A DNA stretch of 64,000 bases from Acidimicrobiales bacterium (GTDB lineage Bacteria; Actinomycetota; Acidimicrobiia; Acidimicrobiales; SZUA-35): the NCBI GenBank assembly GCA_047638695.1, contig JBLINY010000003.1, positions 21,035 through 85,034 on the forward strand, in the 5' to 3' direction. Below the pieces are notes generated by a model. The model did no database searches and was not told where the DNA came from. It worked only from the letters and a program-made list of their open reading frames with translations. The position numbers and the translations under genes are program-made. Positions 36,215 to 46,607 of the stretch are shown here, piece by piece. Positions within the stretch are counted from its first letter, which is position 1; each line of letters opens with the position of its first letter.

Positions 36215-37586
36215 ACGACCAGCTCTGCAGGTCGAGGATTGCTCGAGCCGCCCGTAACACAAGATCTTCTCTGAAAAGGGTTGCGACCACCTGAAGCCCG
36301 ATGGGCAAACCATCGACCGACAACCCGGCCGGGATAGAGGCCGCTGGCTGGCCGCTGTAATTGAACGGCACCGTGTACGGCACGCCGTGGTCCCACCGAT
36401 CGAATTCACTCGAGTGATACACGGTGTCGACCGGCGGTGCGACCGTTGGCATCGTTGGAGTAAGCAGCAGATCATGCTCGACGTGGAACCGACGCATGGT
36501 CTCGACCAGGTTGGCTCGGGCCGTGGAAGCTGCAACCATTCCGTGAACGTCGAACGCCATACCTTCCTGGGCCAGTTGGCGGAAGCCCGGATCGAGGTCG
36601 TCCCACCGATCGCTGGGAATGCCGGCAAGCCGAGAAGCGAAGCCAGCCTTCCAATACTCCTCGAGCTGAGGCCGGAGAGGTTCGATGATGGGGCCAACTT
36701 CGGTCACCTCGGCGCCCGCATCGGCCAACAGGTCAAGAACGCGACGGCACACGGCCGCCACCTCGGCGTCAGGGGCGGCACCTCCGTAGTTCTCGCTATA
36801 GGCCAGCCGGAGTCCGGCCAGACCATCGTTGATGCCAACCCGCCAATCACGATTGTCGTACGGCACCGCATGCCAATCCCTGATGTCGGGACGGGACATG
36901 ACGTTGAGCAGCAGCGCGCTGTCTTCGACCGAGCGAGTGAGAGCACCATTCGACACCAACGAAACAAAGGGCGAGCCGACCGGGGCTTGCGGCACCCGGC
37001 CAAAGGTGGGCTTCAGTCCAACCAAACCGCAATAACTCGCCGGGATGCGGATGGAGCCCCCGCCGTCGCTGCCGTGAGCAACGGCACCGATCCCGGCCGA
37101 TAGCGAGGCAGCTGCCCCGCCTGACGAACCACCCGGCGTGTGATCGGTGTTCCAGGGGTTGCGAGTAATGCCAAACCGCGGGGTGTCGGTGATGCCCTTC
37201 CAGCCGAACTCCGAGGTCGTGGTCTTGCCTAGAAACACCACCCCGGCCTCCCGCAGCCGAGCGATTGGCGGCGAGTCGACGGTCACCGTTTCAGCCGACG
37301 TAACCAACGACCCCTCGGTGTTGGGATAGCCAGCCATGTCAACGATGTCTTTCACCGTTGCCGGAATCCCGTCGAGATGACCGGCCGGCTCGCCACGCGA
37401 CCAACGATCGGCGCTGGCGAGGGCGGCCGACCTCGCCCGCGCGGGATCGACGACGGTGAAGGCGTTGAGCATCGGCTGCATCTCTTCAATTCGGTCGAGG
37501 TGCTCGTCGATCACCTCAACCGGCGACAGCTCTTTACGTCGATACGAGCGCAGCAAATCATGGACGGTTCTTGACTTCGTCGTCAC
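36201..37586 (-). CDS. amidase-signature family amidase
   Basis: GGSSGGAAA...GGSIRIPA. Start set at GTG 37586, overlapping the upstream TGA (GTGA). Confidence 0.85.
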   Translation of the reverse strand: MTTKSRTVHDLLRSYRRKELSPVEVIDEHLDRIEEMQPMLNAFTVVDPARARSAALASADRWSRGEPAGHLDGIPATVKDIVDMAGYPNTEGSLVTSAETVTVDSPPIARLREAGVVFLGKTTTSEFGWKGITDTPRFGITRNPWNTDHTPGGSSGGAAASLSAGIGAVAHGSDGGGSIRIPASYCGLVGLKPTFGRVPQAPVGSPFVSLVSNGALTRSVEDSALLLNVMSRPDIRDWHAVPYDNRDWRVGINDGLAGLRLAYSENYGGAAPDAEVAAVCRRVLDLLADAGAEVTEVGPIIEPLRPQLEEYWKAGFASRLAGIPSDRWDDLDPGFRQLAQEGMAFDVHGMVAASTARANLVETMRRFHVEHDLLLTPTMPTVAPPVDTVYHSSEFDRWDHGVPYTVPFNYSGQPAASIPAGLSVDGLPIGLQVVATLFREDLVLRAARAILDLQSWSFSSP

Positions 37587-38356
37587 TCGTCCGGCAATTC
37601 GACTCTGATGATTTCGCCGCCGTCGACGATCAACGTTTGGCCGGTCATCCACTTGGCATCAACGGCTAGAAAGAGCGCCGCGGCCCCGATGTCTTCGGGC
37701 TCGCCGAGGCGTTTGGTCGGCAAGGACTCGGCCACTTCGACACCCTTCGCACCATCCCACAGCACCTTGGCGAAGTCGGTCTTGATCAGGCCCGGCGCAA
37801 TGCAGTTGACCCGCACTCCCGGGCCAAGTTCGGCGCCCAGTTGCTTGGTCATGTGGATGAGCGTCGACTTGAACATGCAGTAAATGCCAATGTCGCGACT
37901 AGTTGTGAATCCGCCAACAGAAGCGATGTTGACCACCGCACCGCCATGCTCTTTCATCCAAGTGTTCCAGGCAATTTGAGTCCACAGCAGTGGACCCCGG
38001 ACGTTCACTTCGTAGGTCTTGTCGAGCTTGCTGGCCTCGACATCGATGCTGCGACCGTTGTGAGGATTGGTGGCGGCATTGTTTACCAGCACGTCAAGCG
38101 ATCCAAAGTGCTCGATGGTGTCATTCATGACCTGCTGGCCCTGCTCGGGGTCACCAACGTGACTTGCCCGCCACGCCACATGACCCGGAAGGTTCAGGGC
38201 GTTCAACTCATCCACTGCCTCTTCGCATTTCTCCGCCTTACGCGACGTGATCATCACGTTCGCTCCGGCCTCCAGAAACACCTTGGTAATACCGAAGCCA
38301 ATGCCGGCCGAACCACCCGTCACCAGCGCCGTCTTTCCCGCGAGTTTCTGATCCAT
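37583..38356 (-). CDS. SDR family oxidoreductase
   Basis: Start at MDQKLAGKTALVTGGSAGIG. The ORF-track 130-aa N-terminal extension was rejected. Confidence 0.85.
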   Translation of the reverse strand: MDQKLAGKTALVTGGSAGIGFGITKVFLEAGANVMITSRKAEKCEEAVDELNALNLPGHVAWRASHVGDPEQGQQVMNDTIEHFGSLDVLVNNAATNPHNGRSIDVEASKLDKTYEVNVRGPLLWTQIAWNTWMKEHGGAVVNIASVGGFTTSRDIGIYCMFKSTLIHMTKQLGAELGPGVRVNCIAPGLIKTDFAKVLWDGAKGVEVAESLPTKRLGEPEDIGAAALFLAVDAKWMTGQTLIVDGGEIIRVELPDE

Positions 38357-38515
38357 GACACTCCTTTGATTGAGCACGTAGACCGCAACGTTTACCACTT
38401 CTGAACCTCTCCGATCCAAGAGGAAACGGTTCTCTGGTCTGGTTGACCGGGCCCGCATCGTTCGGTCTTGGCTTCTTGCACCGGGAGACCTCCCGGATCC
38501 TTGGAGGGAAAATTC

Positions 38516-39265
38516 ATGAAAGCCACTCAACGCGCCTGTCGCTTGGCGTTTGCCACTGCCATTGTCGCCTCGCCACTCCTCTTGGCCGGCCCGCTCAGCG
38601 CAGAAGACCTTCAGGCTGACGGCATCTACATCAACGAAGGAAACGGAACGAGCAAGGCACTGGTCAGCGTCGATGGCGACCAGGTGATCGTGCGTATCGA
38701 GGCCAACGGCGTGTCCGCCAGTCTGGTGCACGCGCAGCACATTCACGGCGAGTTGGACACCGATGGGGAGTGTCCCGGCATTGAAGCCGACGCTGATGGC
38801 GACGGCATCATTTCAACGGCCGAAGGCGTCGGACAGTACGGATCAGTAAAGGTGGCGCTTACCACTGACGGCGACACCACGGCCGACAGCGCCCTTGCGC
38901 TCGAACGCTTCCCGGTGGCCGAGGCCGACGGTACGTATGTCTACGAGCGCACCTTCGAGGTCGACGCTGACGTGACCGCCAACGTTGCGCGCTGGGTCGT
39001 CATTGTCCACGGTGTCGATCTCGATGAGAACGGCGAGTACGACGGTGATGCTCGCTCGAGCCTCACCGACGATCTGCCGCTCGAGGGCACCATGCCAGCC
39101 ACATGCGGCAAGCTCGTCGTGGCCCAGGTCGCCTCCACCCCCAGCGGCGGCGTCGCTGCGGGAGCAGGCGGCACTGCCGGCGGCTCATTCAACACTCCCC
39201 TGGTGGCAACGGCCGCAGGCGTTGTAGCCGTGGCTGCCTTCGGCCACCGTCGCCGCAGCGCCTGA
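38516..39265 (+). CDS. secreted acidic protein (CHRD-like HAQHIHG motif) with C-terminal sorting-type signal
   Basis: A GGAGGG RBS lies 7 nt before ATG 38516. Signal peptide MKATQRACRLAFATAIVASPLLLAGPLSA. The C-terminus is ..STPSGG..GSFNTP + hydrophobic stretch + HRRRSA. Followed directly by a sortase gene. Confidence 0.65.
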   Translation: MKATQRACRLAFATAIVASPLLLAGPLSAEDLQADGIYINEGNGTSKALVSVDGDQVIVRIEANGVSASLVHAQHIHGELDTDGECPGIEADADGDGIISTAEGVGQYGSVKVALTTDGDTTADSALALERFPVAEADGTYVYERTFEVDADVTANVARWVVIVHGVDLDENGEYDGDARSSLTDDLPLEGTMPATCGKLVVAQVASTPSGGVAAGAGGTAGGSFNTPLVATAAGVVAVAAFGHRRRSA

Positions 39266-39290
39266 GTCCGACAGAGTCGTTTCCTTCAAC

Positions 39291-40028
39291 ATGAAGTGGA
39301 TCTTGGCGGGGGTGGCGCTGCTCGGCAGCGCGGCCCTCGTCGGTGCCACTGCCTCGTCCGACGCCTTGGATCTCTGCAGCCCTGAAGCCACAGCGACATC
39401 GACGAGCGCCGAACCAGCCGCCAACGACTTCCTTTCGAACTGGATGGCGGGCGACGACCTCGAGGCCCCCGCGTCGACCATGTCGATGGCACGTCGTGGC
39501 GAATCCGGCGACTCGGAGCCGCCGAGCGACGACGTCGCAGAAGATCAACCGCTTGGCACACCAGTCGCCGTGCGGGTTCCGATTGTCGAAATCGGGGTCG
39601 AGCTCGATCCACTCGGACTCGATGAAGAAGGCGGACTCGAAGTACCGGAAGACTTCTCGCGCGGTGGGTGGTTCGCCGATGGCCCCAAGCCCGGAGCGGT
39701 CGGACCCGCCGTCATCACCGCCCACGTTGACAGCTTCGACGGGCCCGCTCCTTTCTTCCGACTGAGCGAAATGGCGGTTGGTGACGAGATCGACGTGCTG
39801 ATGTCGAACGGCGACACCGTCACCTTTGTTGCCACTCGAGTCGAAGAACACGCCAAAGACGAGTTCCCTACGCTCGAGGTCCATGGCAATACCGACCAAC
39901 CCGAGCTGCGATTGATCACATGTGGCGGCGACTTCGATCGGAACGAACGCTCCTACCGGCACAACATCATCGTGTGGGCAACCAGCGCCGATGCTCTTGG
40001 CGAACAGGCCGACGATTCGCTGACCTAG
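39291..40028 (+). CDS. class F sortase
   Basis: 245 aa with a signal/anchor, TAHVD and the catalytic LITCGG. Confidence 0.8.
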   Translation: MKWILAGVALLGSAALVGATASSDALDLCSPEATATSTSAEPAANDFLSNWMAGDDLEAPASTMSMARRGESGDSEPPSDDVAEDQPLGTPVAVRVPIVEIGVELDPLGLDEEGGLEVPEDFSRGGWFADGPKPGAVGPAVITAHVDSFDGPAPFFRLSEMAVGDEIDVLMSNGDTVTFVATRVEEHAKDEFPTLEVHGNTDQPELRLITCGGDFDRNERSYRHNIIVWATSADALGEQADDSLT

Positions 40029-40041
40029 GTAGTCTCGTGGG

Positions 40042-40836
40042 ATGGCACCGCAGACCTACGAAACCGTCCTCTATTCAACCGAGGACAACATCGCCCACAT
40101 TCGCTTCAATCGTCCGGACGGGGCGAACGCGCTGAACCCCGCCCTCTCAAGAGATCTCCGCGACGTGATGCTCGAAGCAGCCTTCGATGATGAGGTGCGG
40201 GCGGTCGCCATTACCGCCGAAGGCAAGGTCTTTTGTGCTGGCGGAGACCTCAAGGAATTTCATGCCGCCGGCGACGGACTGCCCAAATTGGCGTCAGACA
40301 TGCTCACCGATTTTCACGGCGCCATCTATCGCATGAACCGCATGCCGAAACCGGTCGTGGCCGGTGTTGCCGGGGCTGCTGGAGGTGCCGGCCTATCGTT
40401 CGTGTCAGCGTTTGACCTCGTGATCGCTGAGGAATCGGCCAAGTTCACCATGGCCTACACCCGCGCCGGCGTGACGCCCGACGGAACCTCCACCTATTTT
40501 CTGTCCCGCCACATCGGCGTGCGGCGCACCATGGACCTCACCCTGACCAACCGAGTGCTATCGGCTGCCGAGGCCGAATCGTGGGGCCTCGTAAACCGCG
40601 TGGTGCCAGACGGCGAAGCCGATCAAGCCGCAATCGACCTAGCCAAACAGTTGGCTGCCGGTCCGGCCTTTGCTCTTGGGCAGGCCAAGCGTCTGATCTA
40701 CGAAGGACACGACACGTCGCTCGAACAAACTGGCGAGCGCGAAGGTGTCATGATCGCCAACGCAATGGGCACGGCCGACGGCCGCGAGGGCATCGCCGCT
40801 TTCGTCGAGAAGCGCTCCGCCAACTTCAACGCATAG
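40042..40836 (+). CDS. enoyl-CoA hydratase/isomerase family protein
   Basis: 264 aa with the crotonase fold motifs FCAGGDL and GAAGGAG. Confidence 0.88.
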   Translation: MAPQTYETVLYSTEDNIAHIRFNRPDGANALNPALSRDLRDVMLEAAFDDEVRAVAITAEGKVFCAGGDLKEFHAAGDGLPKLASDMLTDFHGAIYRMNRMPKPVVAGVAGAAGGAGLSFVSAFDLVIAEESAKFTMAYTRAGVTPDGTSTYFLSRHIGVRRTMDLTLTNRVLSAAEAESWGLVNRVVPDGEADQAAIDLAKQLAAGPAFALGQAKRLIYEGHDTSLEQTGEREGVMIANAMGTADGREGIAAFVEKRSANFNA

Positions 40837-40852
40837 ATCGCAGGCCAACTTC

Positions 40853-41311
40853 ATGGACATTCGCCGTATCACCGAAGTCGGCATCGCCGTTCGCGATCTC
40901 GACAAAGCCGTTGCCCTGTTCGAACATCTCTTCGGCGCCGAAGCAGGCGAGCTGGTCGACGTTCCGCTCTACGACATGCGTTTTCGCATGTGTCGGCTGG
41001 GCAAGGTCGACTTCGAGGTAATGGAACCAACGGCCGACACCGGTGTGATCGCCGACTTCCTTGCTGCCAGGGGGGAAGGCCTGCATCACATCGCATTCGC
41101 TGTCGACGACATCAACAACACGATGTCGACACTTGGCGCCAAGGGCGTCCAATTCGTTGCCGATGCTCCGGTGAGCAACTCCATGCCGATGGTCGACTTC
41201 GCCGGCCGTCGTTTCGAAGACGACATCTCATTCACCTTTTCCCATCCCAAATCAATCCTGGGCATCCTCTTTGAGTTCATCCAGTATCCAGACGGCTACC
41301 AGACTCCGTGA
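40853..41311 (+). CDS. VOC-family protein (methylmalonyl-CoA epimerase-like)
   Basis: 152 aa with a GLHHIAF motif and a glyoxalase fold. Confidence 0.75.
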   Translation: MDIRRITEVGIAVRDLDKAVALFEHLFGAEAGELVDVPLYDMRFRMCRLGKVDFEVMEPTADTGVIADFLAARGEGLHHIAFAVDDINNTMSTLGAKGVQFVADAPVSNSMPMVDFAGRRFEDDISFTFSHPKSILGILFEFIQYPDGYQTP

Positions 41312-41346
41312 CCTACGGGCTCCGTGACCTACAGACTCCGTGACCT
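41304..41346. repeat. three tandem 16-bp copies of the gene's stop region
   Basis: ctccgtgacct at 41304, 41320 and 41336. The first copy contains the real TGA stop (41309-41311). Confidence 0.85.
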
Positions 41347-41432
41347 GACATGACCTCACTACCGCTACGGCCTACATCTGCATTCTTCACAAGATCCTTC
41401 ACAAGGGTGACCAAAATCGAAAGCAGGATCAC

Positions 41433-42629
41433 ATGACGGCCGGAATGATCGACGGACCCACCGGGCCCCTCCAAGGCCTGCGCATCATCGATGTCACCCA
41501 CGCAGCCGCCGGGCCCTTTGCTGCCATGCTGCTGGCCGATCTCGGCGCCGAGGTGATCAAGGTCGAACCACCAACTGGCGAGTTCACCCGCTACAGCCGG
41601 CCCAATCTCGACGACGGCAGCGGACCGTACGGGGGCCGATTCTCGGCACGGAACCGAAACAAGAAGAGCATCGCTCTCGATCTGCGTGACGACGACGACC
41701 GTGCCGTCTTCCTCCAGCTCGTCGACACCGCCGATGCCCTCATCGAAAACATGCGGGCCGGCGTGCTCGATCGACTCGGCGTGGGTTGGGATGTGCTCCA
41801 CCAACGCAATTCGGCCCTGGTCTATGCAGCCATCCGCGGTTTTGGCGACCCTCGCACCGGCGATAGCCCCTATGCCGAATGGCCGGCCTTCGACATCATC
41901 GCCCAGGCCATGGGCGGGCTGGTGGCCATGAGCGGACCGGATGCCGACCATCCAATGCGGGCCGGTCCCCTCGTGGGCGACATCTTTCCCGCCACCCTCG
42001 CTGCGGTCGGCGTGCTGGCCGCCATCCACCAGGCTCGCGAATCAGGTGAGGGCCAGTTCGTCGACGTGGCCATGGTCGACTCGGTGATGGCACTGTGCGC
42101 CACCGCCCAAACCATGTGGGACTACGAGGGCCTGGTCTACGAGCCCCAGGGCAACAGCAGCGCCGACGCCACACCATTTGACGTGTATCGCACTGCTGAC
42201 GGCCATTGCGCCATCGCCGCTCCCACCGAGGCCCACTGGATTCCGCTGTGCCAGATCATGGGGCGACCCGACCTGGCCAACGACCCTCGACTGACCACCA
42301 TCAAAACCCGAGCCGAACATCGCGAGATTGTCGATACCGCCGTTGGCCAATGGGCGGCCGCCCGCACCACCGCCGAGATCATCTCCGTCCTCGGCGGCCG
42401 GGTACCCGTCGGCCCCGTGTTGGGACCAAAAGACTGGGTCGACGATCCTCATGTGGCGGCCCGTGAAATGTTGGTGACCGTCGAGCACCAGCATCATCGG
42501 CCAACGATCGAAGTGGCCTGCCCCATCAAGTTTTCAGCGACGCCCGCCGGCGTGCACTCCCCCGCCCCCGTGCTGAACCAGCACGGGGATGCTCTACGAG
42601 CCGAGCTCGGACTCCCGTCGAAGGCCTGA
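41433..42629 (+). CDS. family III (CaiB/BaiF) CoA-transferase
   Basis: LQGLRIIDVTHAAAGPFA N-terminus. 398 aa. Confidence 0.88.
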   Translation: MTAGMIDGPTGPLQGLRIIDVTHAAAGPFAAMLLADLGAEVIKVEPPTGEFTRYSRPNLDDGSGPYGGRFSARNRNKKSIALDLRDDDDRAVFLQLVDTADALIENMRAGVLDRLGVGWDVLHQRNSALVYAAIRGFGDPRTGDSPYAEWPAFDIIAQAMGGLVAMSGPDADHPMRAGPLVGDIFPATLAAVGVLAAIHQARESGEGQFVDVAMVDSVMALCATAQTMWDYEGLVYEPQGNSSADATPFDVYRTADGHCAIAAPTEAHWIPLCQIMGRPDLANDPRLTTIKTRAEHREIVDTAVGQWAAARTTAEIISVLGGRVPVGPVLGPKDWVDDPHVAAREMLVTVEHQHHRPTIEVACPIKFSATPAGVHSPAPVLNQHGDALRAELGLPSKA

Positions 42630-42671
42630 TCGGCCTTCGACGGCACCGCTGCCTAGCGACATACTGGGCTG

Positions 42672-43649
42672 ATGAAAGAGACCGAACAGGCACGAGGAAC
42701 CGGGATCGAACTCGAACCACGGGTCGACGAACACCACAAACGGATCCTGGGCAAGCTGCCCGTCGATCTACTCGACTTCTCCGATGTCAACGCGGTACGA
42801 GAAGCCTTCGCCGAAGTGCGCCGGCCCGAGATGGACCCGACGGTAACGACCGAGGACGTCAGGGTCCCCGGCCTTGACGGCGACCCTGACGTACGAATTC
42901 GCCTCTATCGCCCGGCCGATATGGCCCCGGATGCTTCGGCCTTCTTCTGGATCCATGGCGGCGGCATGGTCATCGGTACGGTCGAGATGAGCGACGCCTA
43001 CTGCGCCTCCGTCGCCGCCACCAATGGAGCCATCGTGGCATCGGTCGACTATCGCCTGGCCCCCGAACACCCCTTCCCCGCCCCTATGAACGACTGCTAC
43101 GCCGGCCTCTCGTGGTTCGCCAGCCAAGCCGGGGAGCTGGGATTTGATTCGACCCGACTAGCTATCGGAGGCGCCTCAGCAGGGGGTGGATTGGCCGCCG
43201 GCCTGGCCCTCATGGCCCGCGATCGGGGCGGCCCCGGCATCTGTTTCCAGCTACTGGTATTCCCGATGCTCGACCACCGCAACGTCACCGCTAGCAGCCA
43301 TGCCATTCACGACCCTCGAGTGTGGCATCGCGAGGCCAACCTCTACGGGTGGGACGCCTACCTCGGTGGCACCGGCGGCAACGACGACGTTTCAATCTAC
43401 GCCTCACCCACCTTGGCCGCCGATCTCAGCCGCCTGCCGCCAGCCCACATCAACGTCGGCGACCTCGACATGTTCCTCGACGAAGACGTGGCCTATGCCA
43501 TGGAGCTACTGCGGGCCGGTGTGCCGTGCGAGCTCCACGTCTACCCGGGAGCGTTCCACGGCTCAAACGGTCAGGTCGTTAAGTCACCGTTGTCCAAGCG
43601 CTGGAATACCGATGAACAAGCCGCCCTGACCCGAGCACTTGGAGCCTGA
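42672..43649 (+). CDS. alpha/beta hydrolase, hormone-sensitive-lipase-type esterase
   Basis: HGGG oxyanion motif (IHGGGM) and a GASAGG nucleophile elbow. Confidence 0.85.
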   Translation: MKETEQARGTGIELEPRVDEHHKRILGKLPVDLLDFSDVNAVREAFAEVRRPEMDPTVTTEDVRVPGLDGDPDVRIRLYRPADMAPDASAFFWIHGGGMVIGTVEMSDAYCASVAATNGAIVASVDYRLAPEHPFPAPMNDCYAGLSWFASQAGELGFDSTRLAIGGASAGGGLAAGLALMARDRGGPGICFQLLVFPMLDHRNVTASSHAIHDPRVWHREANLYGWDAYLGGTGGNDDVSIYASPTLAADLSRLPPAHINVGDLDMFLDEDVAYAMELLRAGVPCELHVYPGAFHGSNGQVVKSPLSKRWNTDEQAALTRALGA

Positions 43650-43653
43650 CCCC

Positions 43654-44481
43654 ATGCGCATCACGCCACTCAGCGACGCCATCGGTGCCGAGATAACCGA
43701 TGTCGACCTGAACCAGCTCGACGACGATGGCTTCGACCTTCTGAGCGACACGTTCCACCAGCACGGGGTGATCTTCGTGCGCGACCAACAACTGAGCCCC
43801 GAACAACACGTCGCCTTCGCTGAACGCTGGGCCCCGATCGACATCAACCGCTTCTTCAAACCAGTGGACGGGCACCCGAAGATAGCTGAGGTGCTGAAAG
43901 AGCCAACCGACGATCACAACATCGGCGGCGGCTGGCACACCGACCATTCCTATGACGTCGAGCCGGCGATGGGCTCGCTACTTTTCGCCCGCGATATTCC
44001 CGACACCGGGGGCGACACACTCTTCGCCAGCCCGGCAGCCGCCTACGACGCCCTCAGCGAAGGCTTCAAACAGATGCTGGCCCCACTGGTGGCCCGGCAC
44101 TCGAACGAACACGTCTTCGGCGCCGCAGCGCTGAAAACCCGCGAACTGGGCGATCGAATCGGCAACCCCGACGCAGCCGGTCAGACCGCTGAACATCCCC
44201 TGGTCATCACGCACCCCCTGAGCGGGCGCCAGGTGCTCTACGTGAATCCGGGCTTCACCACCGACATCGTCGGATGGAATGGTGCCGAGTCGAAGGCGCT
44301 GCTGCGCTTCTTGTACGACCACATCACCCAGCCCCAGTTCACCATCCGTTTCAAGTGGGCCGAGGGCACTCTGGCCTTCTGGGACAACCGGGCCTGCTGG
44401 CACTACGCCCTCAACGACTACCCCGGCAAGCGACGGCACCTCCACCGCATCACCGTGGCCGGCTCAGCACTCGCTGCCTAA
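43654..44481 (+). CDS. TauD/TfdA-family Fe(II)/2-oxoglutarate dioxygenase
   Basis: Start at MRITPLS. HTDHSY iron motif and a C-terminal R..HR. Confidence 0.85.
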   Translation: MRITPLSDAIGAEITDVDLNQLDDDGFDLLSDTFHQHGVIFVRDQQLSPEQHVAFAERWAPIDINRFFKPVDGHPKIAEVLKEPTDDHNIGGGWHTDHSYDVEPAMGSLLFARDIPDTGGDTLFASPAAAYDALSEGFKQMLAPLVARHSNEHVFGAAALKTRELGDRIGNPDAAGQTAEHPLVITHPLSGRQVLYVNPGFTTDIVGWNGAESKALLRFLYDHITQPQFTIRFKWAEGTLAFWDNRACWHYALNDYPGKRRHLHRITVAGSALAA

Positions 44482-44497
44482 CAAGCGCTGCCTAACA
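44472..44497. repeat. tandem duplication of the TauD stop region (2 copies, 14-bp period)
   Basis: cgctgcctaaca at 44472 and 44486. Both copies contain TAA. Confidence 0.8.
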
Positions 44498-44505
44498 ATC
44501 TCTGG

Positions 44506-45237
44506 CTAGCCAGCGCCTAGGGCCCGCCGGTCATCGCGTCGAATGCGGGCCTGGCCCAGGTCGGCAGAGCTGGCGGCCGCGCTGCCTTCGTCGTACGCGC
44601 CAGGGTCCAGGGTGACCTTCGAGTTGTCAGTACTGACAGGACCGAACGCCGATTCCATATACATCTCGAGCTCGTCGGCCAGCACCAAGCTTCGCTCGGC
44701 GGAAAGGCCAGTTGGGTCGGCCACATTGACAGCCTCAGTCAGTCGTTCTCCCACCTGAACCGCGAAGCCGTAGAGGTAACTGCGACGCACGCGCACCAAC
44801 GAGCCACGGTCATTGGGCCCGGCCTGCGGCAAGCCACGCAAAGCCTGATGCTCGAGCGATAGGGCAAGCAGCTTGACCAATTCGCGATCGATTGCCCGGC
44901 CGATCAGCGTGATCTTGCTCACCTTGCGAGTGCCGTACGTCTTGGAGAGAAGTACACGCGACCGGTTGGCCCGAGCCACCATCGTCCAGACCAGTGCCCG
45001 CTCGTACCCGTAGCGACCTTCGATACTGATCTCCTCGTGCGACATCGGGTTGGGTGCCGAGCCGGCGGCGAGCACATCAACGTCAATGGCGTAGTGCGTG
45101 ATGAGCTCCTGAGCCTTAGCCATACAGGCCTCGGCTTCCTGCGGGAACTCGGTGCTTTCGGCTTTCCGAAGAAGGGCTTGCACCTTCTCGACGATGTTCT
45201 GATCGTTCTTGTTATGTGCGCTTGTGTTGTCCGACAT
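44506..45237 (-). CDS. DUF2786-domain protein
   Basis: N-terminal VEKVQALLRKAESTEFPQEAEA is typical of DUF2786. Confidence 0.6.
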   Translation of the reverse strand: MSDNTSAHNKNDQNIVEKVQALLRKAESTEFPQEAEACMAKAQELITHYAIDVDVLAAGSAPNPMSHEEISIEGRYGYERALVWTMVARANRSRVLLSKTYGTRKVSKITLIGRAIDRELVKLLALSLEHQALRGLPQAGPNDRGSLVRVRRSYLYGFAVQVGERLTEAVNVADPTGLSAERSLVLADELEMYMESAFGPVSTDNSKVTLDPGAYDEGSAAASSADLGQARIRRDDRRALGAG

Positions 45238-45350
45238 GGAAGTTCCTCACGTTTGGGTCACGTCGGGGAAGGTCTGCCTCATCTTAGTGAGGCACCCCCA
45301 CAACCGATACCGTCTCCTTCGTTCTCAGCGACCAAAGAAGGATCTGATCC

Positions 45351-46130
45351 ATGCCTCGTATGAACCTCACCGACGCCTCCGCCATCGTTACGGGCGGCGC
45401 ATCCGGAATTGGCGAAGCCTCTGCTCGGCAGCTGAGCGAACTCGGCGCCAAGGTGGTGATCGCCGACCTCAACGAGGACGGCGGCAAGAAGGTCGCCGAC
45501 GAAATCGGCGGCATGTTCGTCAAGTGTGACGTGTCCAGCGAGGAAGACGGCGCCGCCGCCGTCGAGGCCGCTAACGACATGGGCCCGCTCCGGGCGCTCG
45601 TGAACTCGGCTGGTCTAGGCCGGGCAGCACGCACAGTCGACCGCGACAACAATCCAATGCCTCAGAACGACTTCGACTTCGTCATCCGCATCAACCTTCT
45701 CGGCTCGTTCAACATGCTTCGCCTGTCGGCAGCGGCCATGGCCAAGACAGATCCCCTCGATGACGACGGCGCACGCGGCGCCATCGTCAACATGGCATCT
45801 GCCGCCGCCTTCGATGGCCAGATCGGACAAGCCGCCTACTCGGCGTCCAAGGGCGGCATCGTCGGCATGACGCTGCCGATCGCCCGTGACCTGTCGGCAA
45901 TCGGCATCCGGGTCAACACCATCGCCCCCGGGCTCATCGACACCCCGATCTATGGTGAAGGCGAAGAGTCCGAAAAGTTCAAGGCTCACCTCGGTCAATC
46001 GGTGCTGTTCCCGAAGCGTCTCGGAAGCGGTGAGGAACTCGCCTTTGCCGTGATGGAGTGCATCACCAACCCGTACATGAACGGCGAGACGATTCGGGTC
46101 GACGGTGGCATCCGGATGCCGCCGCGCTGA
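45351..46130 (+). CDS. SDR, 3-hydroxyacyl-CoA dehydrogenase type-2-like
   Basis: AIVTGGASGIG and YSASKGG motifs. 259 aa. Confidence 0.85.
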   Translation: MPRMNLTDASAIVTGGASGIGEASARQLSELGAKVVIADLNEDGGKKVADEIGGMFVKCDVSSEEDGAAAVEAANDMGPLRALVNSAGLGRAARTVDRDNNPMPQNDFDFVIRINLLGSFNMLRLSAAAMAKTDPLDDDGARGAIVNMASAAAFDGQIGQAAYSASKGGIVGMTLPIARDLSAIGIRVNTIAPGLIDTPIYGEGEESEKFKAHLGQSVLFPKRLGSGEELAFAVMECITNPYMNGETIRVDGGIRMPPR

Positions 46131-46166
46131 TCGACACTCGCTTCGCCACTACTTAATCGCGGCCAA

Positions 46167-46607
46167 TCAGCCTCGTTCGATGACAACCACCGGGATCGTT
46201 CGGTCGGTCAACTTCGTGTACTCGCCAAACCTCGGCATGGCGGCAACTCGCTCGTCGAGCAACCGTGACCGCTCCGGCTCATCGACTACGGATGCCTTGG
46301 CCTCGTACCGCTCGGTCCCGTCCTCGACCGCGACATCGGGGTTGGCGACAAGGTTGTGATACCAGGCCGGGTGACGCACGTCGCCTGCACGCGAGGCGAT
46401 CAGCACGATCCGGTCGCCGTCCATCGTGATCGTCAGCGGCGACACCCGTTCCTGACCTGACTTGGCACCGGTCGTCGTCAGCAGAATCATCGGATTCCCT
46501 TCAAACCGGCCGGTGCACTTGCCACCGTTCGCACGGAACTCGGCGATCACACCGTCGTTGAGTTTGAGCCATTGCTCGTCGGATAGCGGCGGGAGTCGAT
46601 CAGCCAT
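46167..46607 (-). CDS. deazaflavin (F420H2)-dependent nitroreductase family protein (DDN-like)
   Basis: Start at MADRLPP. Motifs LLTTTGAKSG and PAWYHNL. Confidence 0.8.
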   Translation of the reverse strand: MADRLPPLSDEQWLKLNDGVIAEFRANGGKCTGRFEGNPMILLTTTGAKSGQERVSPLTITMDGDRIVLIASRAGDVRHPAWYHNLVANPDVAVEDGTERYEAKASVVDEPERSRLLDERVAAMPRFGEYTKLTDRTIPVVVIERG

